Positions 1 to 6,464 of a stretch of DNA of 10,019 nucleotides are shown here, in pieces; the stretch's first letter is position 1, and every line of letters begins with the position of its first letter. This DNA comes from an uncultured Spirochaetales bacterium (GTDB lineage Bacteria; Spirochaetota; Spirochaetia; CAZPZF01): positions 1 to 10,019 of the forward strand of contig CAZPZF010000121.1 in the NCBI GenBank assembly GCA_964590705.1. Reading direction: 5' to 3'. A program made the position numbers and the translations under genes. Under the pieces are notes generated by a model. It was not told the origin of the DNA. It searched no databases and saw nothing but the letters and a program-made list of their open reading frames with translations.

Positions 1-1168
1 CCTGGGAGCGTCGAATCTCATCATCGGCGCGGGTCCCACCCTCTACTTCATCGGTTGCGCCGTCTTTCCCCTCGTTTCCGGGCTGCTCACCGACGGACGG
101 GGAAACAAGAAACGGGCCGTCATCCTGACCCACCTTTTTCCCGCGGTGACTACGATCCTTCTGGGACTCTTCCTCAATCTCTTCGGAACAGGAGGGGAAC
201 CAGAAACGGGGCGCGTCGTCATTCCCCTCTTTCTGACCGGCTACGCAGTCTTTTCCATGGGAATCGGCATGCTGCTCCCAGTCTGGCAGAACTACCTCGT
301 CACGATCTTCTCTCCGCAGTCGAGCGTTCCGGCCCTTGCGGTCATGATGATCGCCCAGAGCGGCTCGAAGCTCGGAAGCAGTCTCATCATCCAGGAATTC
401 GTGAAACGGTATGGTTTCGCGGTGGCTCCGACCTCGGTCTTCTTCGTCATCGTAGGCACTCTCTTCACCGTCGGCAGCCTCTGTTTCGTCATCACCCGCG
501 AGCGCGGAACGGAACCAGGTGAGCGGGGAGAACCGCGCCGGCCGCCTCTCGAAGCGCTCCGGACCGTTTTCCGGAACAGGAACTTCCTCCTCTTCCTGGG
601 AAACGAGTTCGAGTCGAGCGCGGTGACCGGCATCCTCGCCTTCTACGCCACATACGCCACAGGGTATCATGCCGTCGCCCCGGATGTGGGAGCGGGGCTC
701 TTCGTCGCCCTCAACCACGCCGGCGCCATCGTCACCAATATCGCGCTCGGCTGGTTCGGATTCCTCTCCCTAAAGGGCAAATGCGTCCTCTCCAAAGCGC
801 TCACCCTCGCAGCGGTCGCCATCCTGGTGATCGGAAGCTCGACAGCTCCGTTCCTCGTCGTTAGTCTCCTCTTGGGAACGGCGCGCGCCGTACGCTGGCT
901 CATCTACGCCCCGGCCGTTAAACAGATATCGGGGAGCAAGGATGCCACCGTTTTCTTCTCCGTAGCCCCCATCCTGACCCTGCCGCTTAGCGCGGGGATC
1001 CCCCTCCTGGGAGGGAAGATTCTCGACAGTCTTTCGAATCTGGGGGCGGGCGCCTACAGGATCGTCTTCTGCTGCATGGCCTTCTTCGTCGTTCTCGCGT
1101 TGATCTCGAACCTCCTGACCGATTTCGGCGGCCAGAGCGGTCAGCGGGAAGAACCCGCTTCGCCGTAG
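1..1168 (+). CDS. MFS-type transporter, 5'-truncated by the window edge (reading frame opens at position 2)
   Basis: The frame starting at position 2 is open from the window edge to the stop at 1166-1168. The translation is multi-pass hydrophobic and contains a cytoplasmic loop 'GLLTDGRGNKKRAVIL' matching the MFS motif A (G-x-L-a-D-r-x-G-r-k). Third codon positions are G/C-rich like the other genes. The 146 start in the ORF track is a GTG inside a longer open frame, so the real start lies upstream of the window. Confidence 0.8.
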   Translation, partial: LGASNLIIGAGPTLYFIGCAVFPLVSGLLTDGRGNKKRAVILTHLFPAVTTILLGLFLNLFGTGGEPETGRVVIPLFLTGYAVFSMGIGMLLPVWQNYLVTIFSPQSSVPALAVMMIAQSGSKLGSSLIIQEFVKRYGFAVAPTSVFFVIVGTLFTVGSLCFVITRERGTEPGERGEPRRPPLEALRTVFRNRNFLLFLGNEFESSAVTGILAFYATYATGYHAVAPDVGAGLFVALNHAGAIVTNIALGWFGFLSLKGKCVLSKALTLAAVAILVIGSSTAPFLVVSLLLGTARAVRWLIYAPAVKQISGSKDATVFFSVAPILTLPLSAGIPLLGGKILDSLSNLGAGAYRIVFCCMAFFVVLALISNLLTDFGGQSGQREEPASP

Positions 1169-1190
1169 CCCGGGGATACCCGCACGAGGC

Positions 1191-3185
1191 TCAGTCCGCG
1201 TATTCGGAAAGCGGGGTCGTAGACACCGGCTTCCTGAAAAGGGAGAAGAGGATCCCTAGAATGACGCAGTTGATCACGGACGCCGCGGCGAACAGGTTCC
1301 ACCGGGGATTCCCCGAAGCCACGCTTCCGACGTACGAAAAGAGCTTCAGGCTGATCGTATAGGCCTCATCGTTGTCAAGAAAGAGGAGCGGGGCCATGAA
1401 TCCGTTCCACGCCGAGAGAAACGCCATCATCATCGAGGTGGCTATGGCGGGCATGCAGATCGGGAGGAGGATCCTCGTCATGTACCGCACTCCACCCATT
1501 CCCTCCAGCAGCGCGGTCTCCTCTATGGAACGCGGCACCCCGTCCAGGAAGGCCTTCATGGTGAAGAGGCTGAAGACCACCGTCTGGTTCAGGTAGATGC
1601 AGACGAGTGGAACATATGTGCCGATCAAGCCCATGCCGCGGAAGATCCCGTAGAGGGGGACGAGGGAGTGCATGCCGCCGAGCATTCCCAGCGCTTGGAC
1701 AAAGGTGAGGAAGCCGTACACGAAGCGGTCGCTCTTTCCCGAAAGCCAGACCGCGGTCGGGAAGGTAAAGAGGGGGATGAGCAGGGCGGTCGCTCCCGCG
1801 ACGATCGTGGTATTCAGGAAATAGCGGAATATCGATTCCTGGGTGATCAGCCTGATGAAATTCTTTCCCGTGAGGAATCGGGGGATCAGCCTGTCCACAT
1901 AGCAGGCGCTGACGCCTGAGAAGCTCATCCACAGGAGCATGAAGATGATGAGGAGGGTCGATACGCAGAGGAGCAACGCGGTCGTCCAGTGGGAAAAAGC
2001 GTAGACCCCGCGCCTGATCGCACCGGGTTCCGGCGGTCGGCGGAACAGGAAGGCCCCCGCCGCGAGAACCGACAGGATGACCGCCGGATGGAATCCCTGA
2101 AAAAAACCGTTCCGCGATACAGCGACAACCATGAGGATGAGCTCTCCCGCGGCAGCGGGCGCCAGCGCTTTGGGCAGGAACGCGGTGACTGTGTACGCAG
2201 CTGCCCACAAAGGTCCGAAGCGCCCTCCGAGGAAGAGGTGAAAGACCGCGCAGAGGAGGGAAAGCATGCGGGACGGTTCCATGGGAAAAGGCCTGCGCCT
2301 GCCGCCCGATTTCCGCCTTCTGATGAGGAGCCACACCGACATGGCCGCGAGGATCCCGATCGAGAGGATCACCGAGTAGGCAGAGACGGCGCCGAAATCT
2401 TCCTCGCCGAAGAAAAGATCGTAGAGATAGATACCCGCGGTTGTCGTGGCCCCCAGGATGGACCGTTCCGTGATCCCGGAGACCAGGGGAGGCCCACCCG
2501 CGGTGAAGATGTGCAGCAAGGTGAATTCCTTGAGCCCCTTGATGAAGGTAAGGACGCCCATCGCTAGAAGCGTCTCCTTGACCGCGGGGGAGAATATCAC
2601 CGTGACGATATCGCCCCACCTCGCGCCGTCTAGCCGCGCCGCGTCGATCGTTTCCGCGCGCACCTTTCTGATGGCGCCCAGGATGACGAAAGCCGTGAGG
2701 GGAACGGTCATCCAGAGGCTCACCCAGAGAGCGGAGAGGAAGCTCCCGGCCGGGTCGGTCATGAGATTGATCTCGGCCCCTGTGAGCCGGGACAGGAGCG
2801 ATCTGCCGCCGTTTCCATGGATCAGCGCCCTCCAGAGGGGAGCCGCGATGTAGACCGGGATTCCCCACGGAACGAGAAGCACCCCGTAGAGAAGGGACGA
2901 CCCCCTGCCGGGCCTGGCGAGAGCGGCCGCGCACAAAAAACCCATCGCGAGGGACAGCGCGGTGTTCGCCGCGGCCCACAGGGCGGTCACCGACACGCTG
3001 TAGAGGAAACCCCGGTCAGAGAGGAGATCGCGGTAGTTGTCCAGGCCAGCACAGCTCCTCTCATCGTACGTATCGTGGAAAAAGGAGCCGTACACGGCGC
3101 TCGCGAAGGGTGCGATCCCGACCAGGAGGATCAGCAGAAGGAGGGGGATGATGAGGGTATCGGGTTTCGAAATGGATCGGCGCAT
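1191..3185 (-). CDS. Fused two-domain ABC transporter permease: a MalF/UgpA-like half plus a MalG/UgpE-like half in one 664-aa polypeptide
   Basis: ATG at 3185-3183. The protein has at least 12 predicted hydrophobic spans. It carries two separate 'EAA' permease signature loops: 'ETIDAARLDGARWGDIVTVIFSPAVKETLLAMG' in the N-terminal half and 'IEETALLEGMGGVRYMTRILLPICMPAIATS' in the C-terminal half. The two halves are joined by a basic linker (RRRKSGGRRRP). This is the last gene of the minus-strand sugar operon. Confidence 0.88.
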   Translation of the reverse strand: MRRSISKPDTLIIPLLLLILLVGIAPFASAVYGSFFHDTYDERSCAGLDNYRDLLSDRGFLYSVSVTALWAAANTALSLAMGFLCAAALARPGRGSSLLYGVLLVPWGIPVYIAAPLWRALIHGNGGRSLLSRLTGAEINLMTDPAGSFLSALWVSLWMTVPLTAFVILGAIRKVRAETIDAARLDGARWGDIVTVIFSPAVKETLLAMGVLTFIKGLKEFTLLHIFTAGGPPLVSGITERSILGATTTAGIYLYDLFFGEEDFGAVSAYSVILSIGILAAMSVWLLIRRRKSGGRRRPFPMEPSRMLSLLCAVFHLFLGGRFGPLWAAAYTVTAFLPKALAPAAAGELILMVVAVSRNGFFQGFHPAVILSVLAAGAFLFRRPPEPGAIRRGVYAFSHWTTALLLCVSTLLIIFMLLWMSFSGVSACYVDRLIPRFLTGKNFIRLITQESIFRYFLNTTIVAGATALLIPLFTFPTAVWLSGKSDRFVYGFLTFVQALGMLGGMHSLVPLYGIFRGMGLIGTYVPLVCIYLNQTVVFSLFTMKAFLDGVPRSIEETALLEGMGGVRYMTRILLPICMPAIATSMMMAFLSAWNGFMAPLLFLDNDEAYTISLKLFSYVGSVASGNPRWNLFAAASVINCVILGILFSLFRKPVSTTPLSEYAD

Positions 3186-3195
3186 TTGTTATAAC

Positions 3196-3221
3196 AGCTT
3201 CCCGGGTTCTCCCGGGAAGCT
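3196..3221 (-). promoter_or_regulatory. Perfect 11-bp inverted repeat (AGCTTCCCGGG-ttct-CCCGGGAAGCT) forming a stable stem-loop between the lipoprotein stop and the permease start. It could act as an intra-operon attenuator or mRNA-stability element.
   Basis: Read directly from the sequence: 3196-3206 is the exact reverse complement of 3211-3221, separated by a 4-nt loop. It sits in the 49-bp gap between the stop codon at 3235-3237 and the start at 3185. On the operon (minus) strand it is followed by UGUUAUAACAAAUG rather than a U-tract, so it is not a canonical intrinsic terminator. Confidence 0.5.
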
Positions 3222-3234
3222 TTAACCTCTCTTT

Positions 3235-4665
3235 CTAGAAGCGGAGGATGATCTTCGCGACTTGCCGGACCGCCTTGATCCCGTCGGGAACGAGTTTCGC
3301 GTCCTTGTCCCAGACGAGGATGAGTGGCCAGGCGTCCGCGGGTAGTTCCGCGTCTCCCTGGAACATGGCGAGGATCACGTCCTCGTTGTCGTGAAGCTGC
3401 CGGGAATCGAGCTTCACCGTGAATCCGTCAGCGGCCACAACTTCCACGGTGTAGCCCTTCTCGGCGGCCGCGGCGTCGTAGGAGAGGATCGACCTGTCCA
3501 TCTGCTTGTGGGGCATGTACTGAGGGTCGTCTGCGTAGGCAAGGAGCAGGTACAGGGGAATGCCGGTGTAGGAGAGGACCTCGTTGGTCTTCCTGTTGAG
3601 GTACTGCACCGTACGGGGATGGCAGCTCACGCCGCTCTGCACGGTCTGGCGGTCGAGAACCGCGGAGATCCGGCCCTCGATCCCTAGGGAGAATTCCCGA
3701 TAGGGTTCGCCCATGATCGCGATCCGTTTCACCATCCTGACCGAACTGTGGCCCTGGATATTCGGAATCGACGGGCCGACCTTTACAGTCCTGATATACC
3801 CCGGATCGAGCGGGAGGTATTCACCGTCCATCCTGAAGGCGAGGATCCAGACGCCGTCGGCCCTGTCCACGAAATCGCCGGCGCTGAAACTCATCTCGTA
3901 GCCGTCCATGGCCGCGAAGGTGATGGTCGAGTCTTTTCCGAGCTGCACGAAGCTCGACAGGAATGGGTAGAGTTCCACGCCACCGTAGGCGTTGGTGTAG
4001 GTGGTTCCCGCCGAGGTGGTGAAACTCCCCTTGCCCTCGAGGTAGTACACGGAGGACTCCAGGTCCTCGAGCGTGAAACTCTTCTTTTCGCCGTTGACAA
4101 CGATCTCGAGGGTGAAGACCTCGGACTGCGAGGTATCGGCGCCGAGCCCCAGCTCGATGGATACGACGTCGCGCACCCACAAAGTTCCGGGAACCGTGCC
4201 GACGATGTTCGGGGTCGTGGTCACGCCGGCCTCGTTGTCGCTGAGGTACAGGGCATCGGGGTCGTACTCGGCGGTGTTGAAGGTCACCGTGTACCCGTCC
4301 CTTCCGGTCACGGTGATGTCGTACCCCTTCTCCCACAGGGCGGAGTCGAAGAGGAACGGATGCTTGGCGTCCTCGCCGTCGGCCATGGCTGCGAGGTACC
4401 AGAGAGGCATACCCTTGAAGAGCACCCGCTCGCCCTTGCGCTCGAGGGTTATCTCCCGGTAATGGCTCGCGTGCTTCTGCGCCTCAACGAAATAGGCGGC
4501 GTCGACCGTCTCCTCGCGCACGCCGCTGATGACGATCTCCCAATCGCCCGCGCCGGAAGCGCCGGGCCCCGTGGCGCATGAGGAGAAGAGGGCAGCGCTC
4601 CCGGCGAGAAGGATCCCGAGGAGAATGGCTGCAATAGATGGAACCACCGAACGACGAGTTGTCAT
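3235..4665 (-). CDS. Lipoprotein (477 aa) made of three tandem ~130-aa repeats. Probable accessory or substrate-binding component of the ABC importer; otherwise hypothetical.
   Basis: I placed the start at the internal ATG 4665-4663, which is preceded by AAAGGAG with an 8-nt spacer. The track's upstream GTG at 4983 would add 106 residues with no ribosome-binding site. The N-terminus 'MTTRRSVVPSIAAILLGILLAGSAALFSSC' is a signal peptide with a lipobox-like L-F-S-S-C. Each of three internal repeats shows G-[MVI]-PL-[WY]-x-LL, then DGY-x-[VM]-[TS]-F, then D-[AV]-x-[LI]-LA-x(4-8)-G-x-[LP], then a [VI]-[KR]-x-[VI]-x-x-I tail. Confidence 0.8.
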   Translation of the reverse strand: MTTRRSVVPSIAAILLGILLAGSAALFSSCATGPGASGAGDWEIVISGVREETVDAAYFVEAQKHASHYREITLERKGERVLFKGMPLWYLAAMADGEDAKHPFLFDSALWEKGYDITVTGRDGYTVTFNTAEYDPDALYLSDNEAGVTTTPNIVGTVPGTLWVRDVVSIELGLGADTSQSEVFTLEIVVNGEKKSFTLEDLESSVYYLEGKGSFTTSAGTTYTNAYGGVELYPFLSSFVQLGKDSTITFAAMDGYEMSFSAGDFVDRADGVWILAFRMDGEYLPLDPGYIRTVKVGPSIPNIQGHSSVRMVKRIAIMGEPYREFSLGIEGRISAVLDRQTVQSGVSCHPRTVQYLNRKTNEVLSYTGIPLYLLLAYADDPQYMPHKQMDRSILSYDAAAAEKGYTVEVVAADGFTVKLDSRQLHDNEDVILAMFQGDAELPADAWPLILVWDKDAKLVPDGIKAVRQVAKIILRF

Positions 4666-4781
4666 AAAACGCTCCTTTTCATCATACGAATCCCGGATGC
4701 CCGCGGCGCGATCCGCATGGGACCCGGTCACAGATCCGGCGTCGGGGTGAACCCCACGCTCGTTGCCCGCGCCGGCCGCTC

Positions 4782-6269
4782 TCACATATTGGCGTCTATC
4801 ACCGCCTGACCCTGCCGTAGGGTTTCCTCGACGGTCAGCTGCCCCTCGAGGGCGAACCGGAGAAGTTTCCACATGGTGTTCTTGAAAACGGCGTATCCCC
4901 GTTCCGGGGGAATGGGCGTGCCCGTATCCGCGCTGTACCGGAGGACGGGATAATAGGGATTCCGCGCCTTGACGATCTCCCACGCCCGCTCGTCGGCCGG
5001 CAGCTTCGCCATTTCCGCCGTGAAGCGCTGCTGAACCCCTATTCCGCAGAGATACTGAATGAGGCGGCGGGCGAGCACCGGGTTGCGCGTCTTCCGCGGA
5101 ATGGCGAAGGCCTTGAAATCGAGGACCGGAGAAACGGGAAGACCGGTACGGTCGTTCATCGGATAGGGGGAGCCGGAAAAGGGAATGCCCAGCTCCAGGA
5201 AATCGGGGATGCTGTAGGAACCGGAGAGGATCATCGCCACGTTGCCGGCGACGAACTCGGCGATCATCGCGTCCCGCTCCATCTCGGCCAGGTATCCCAG
5301 GGATTTGAGGCGGAGGAGGTATCGGATGGCCTCCCGTGTCGGGCTGTCATCTATGCGGACCGACCCGTCTGCCTCCAGGAACGGGATCTTCCCAAAGGAG
5401 ACCTGAAACGGAACGAGCCAGTAGGCGGAATAGACGTTCCAGCTCATGGGCACGACCCCGGTTCCGGCTATCCGCGCCGCGATCCTCTCCATGTCAGACA
5501 AGGTCCACGAGGACGCGGCGGGTTCCCGCACAAGCCTCGGATTGGAGAAGAGGAGCTGGGAATCGAAATAGAAAGGAACAGCCCAGACCTTGCCCCCGGC
5601 GCTGAACGAGAAAAGCCCCTTGGAGGTGATCGTTTCAGGAACGAAGGAGTCCACGTTCTGGATCGCCTTGGCCTCGACGAGGGCGGGGATGTAATCCGAT
5701 TGGACCATGATCACGTCGGGCGGTGTGCCTCCCCCGCGGAGCACGGAGAGGAGCTTGGAGTCGGTCTTGGGAACCTCGGTCACCTTGACCCTGATGCCAT
5801 GCAGTTCCGCGAAGCGGGCGATCTCCCGTTTCAGGAGGGGGACCCCTTCCCAGCTCACCCAGACCTCGACATCGGCGGCCGGCGCCTCCTCGCCGTATAC
5901 CCGGATCGTCTTGACGCCGGCGATCCGCCAACCGTCTCCCTCCAGGTCGAATTCCGTGCCTCGGGGAACAAGATACCAGCGGGAGAACCGATCGACCAGA
6001 TCGTCCCCCGCCAGGGTCCGCGATCCCGTTCCGGAGACCTCGACCCGGTACACTGAAATGAAGAGGGGAAGTAACTCATCCGCGGAGATCCCCCGGACCA
6101 ACGAACCGCCGACCGGCACGAGGTAGAGGAGATCGGCGATATCGTTATGGGAGATCGCCGCGCGGGGAGTTCCGTTGACAATGAGATCCAGGGCAGGCAG
6201 GGGAAAAGCGCAAAAAGCAACGAGGATAAAAGATAGAATGGCCCTGCGGCTTCCGATGGGGAATTTCAC
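4782..6269 (-). CDS. ABC transporter extracellular solute-binding protein, family 1 (MalE-like carbohydrate binding), with an extra ~120-aa N-terminal module
   Basis: The C-terminal ~380 aa show typical family-1 solute-binding-protein features: after the N-terminal module come 'EVWVSWEGVPLLKREIARFAE', 'GKVWAVPFYFDSQLL' and 'VAGNVAMILSGSY'. I placed the start at GTG 6269-6267, preceded by GGAAAGGAAGAGG and giving a clean signal peptide 'MKFPIGSRRAILSFILVAFCAFPLPA'. The track's 6377 start is a TTG, has no ribosome-binding site, and gives 36 hydrophilic residues before the signal peptide. Confidence 0.82.
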   Translation of the reverse strand: MKFPIGSRRAILSFILVAFCAFPLPALDLIVNGTPRAAISHNDIADLLYLVPVGGSLVRGISADELLPLFISVYRVEVSGTGSRTLAGDDLVDRFSRWYLVPRGTEFDLEGDGWRIAGVKTIRVYGEEAPAADVEVWVSWEGVPLLKREIARFAELHGIRVKVTEVPKTDSKLLSVLRGGGTPPDVIMVQSDYIPALVEAKAIQNVDSFVPETITSKGLFSFSAGGKVWAVPFYFDSQLLFSNPRLVREPAASSWTLSDMERIAARIAGTGVVPMSWNVYSAYWLVPFQVSFGKIPFLEADGSVRIDDSPTREAIRYLLRLKSLGYLAEMERDAMIAEFVAGNVAMILSGSYSIPDFLELGIPFSGSPYPMNDRTGLPVSPVLDFKAFAIPRKTRNPVLARRLIQYLCGIGVQQRFTAEMAKLPADERAWEIVKARNPYYPVLRYSADTGTPIPPERGYAVFKNTMWKLLRFALEGQLTVEETLRQGQAVIDANM

Positions 6270-6363
6270 GATCCTCTTCCTTTCCAAATACGGGGGGCTC
6301 AGCCGTTTCCCGCTGAACCGTTTCGGTCCTGTTCCATAGCGTGGCGCCGTAGGATACAGGACT

Positions 6364-6393
6364 CGGAAGTATCTCAATGACGAACGGAAGTAT
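6364..6393 (-). promoter_or_regulatory. Two direct repeats CGGAAGTAT(n)TCAAT spaced 21 bp (two helical turns) apart; candidate regulator-binding sites upstream of the transporter operon
   Basis: Read directly: CGGAAGTAT occurs at 6364-6372 and at 6385-6393, each followed within 1-3 nt by TCAAT. The second copy overlaps the putative -10 of the minus-strand promoter. Confidence 0.35.
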
Positions 6394-6417
6394 GCATCAA
6401 TAACGCTGTCTGGTCAA
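6389..6417 (-). promoter_or_regulatory. Candidate sigma70-type promoter for the sugar-uptake operon: -35 TTGACC, 17-nt spacer, -10 CATACT (read on the minus strand)
   Basis: The reverse complement of 6412-6417 is TTGACC and the reverse complement of 6389-6394 is CATACT, with exactly 17 nt between them. This would put the transcription start near 6381 and give a ~110-nt leader before GTG 6269. The -10 is a weak match (4/6). Confidence 0.3.
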
Positions 6418-6441
6418 GGGAAGGGATGTGCGAGCCTTCCC
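6418..6441 (-). other. Stem-loop GGGAAGG-(10 nt)-CCTTCCC lying 24 bp downstream of the hydrolase stop codon; possible partial terminator or processing site
   Basis: A 7-bp GC-rich inverted repeat is read directly from the sequence. It is not followed by a U-tract on the minus strand, so terminator function is doubtful. Confidence 0.3.
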
Positions 6442-6464
6442 GTCCGCGTTGGCCCCGCTGAATT

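Noticed and set aside
55-522. 155-aa plus-strand ORF overlapping the MFS gene in another frame
   Set aside because: Arg/His/Pro-rich off-frame product. The frame-2 translation is a coherent hydrophobic multi-pass MFS protein.
1169-1186. Small GGG-ata-CCC stem after the MFS stop codon as a bidirectional terminator
   Set aside because: The stem is only 3-4 bp with a 3-nt loop and no flanking U/A tracts. It is too weak to call a terminator.
1375-2979. 534-aa ORF on the minus strand in another frame, fully overlapping the permease gene
   Set aside because: Its composition is Arg/Gly/Pro/His-rich, typical of an off-frame translation of GC-rich coding DNA. It has no ribosome-binding site or domain signature. 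The overlapping frame has clear ABC-permease EAA motifs, so this ORF is an artefact.
3748-4581. 277-aa plus-strand ORF antisense to the lipoprotein gene, plus smaller antisense ORFs at 3821-4336 and 4073-4462
   Set aside because: Gly/Val/Ala/Arg-rich low-complexity translations with no start context. The opposite strand encodes a well-formed lipoprotein with a ribosome-binding site and signal peptide.
3235-4665. Possibility that the triple-repeat lipoprotein is an active molybdoenzyme (sulfite oxidase/MsrP-like)
   Set aside because: Two of the three repeats lack any cysteine where the Moco-ligating Cys would be. No Moco-biosynthesis or haem/cytochrome partner genes are nearby. The ABC-importer context argues for a binding role rather than a redox role. 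Kept only as a fold-level resemblance.
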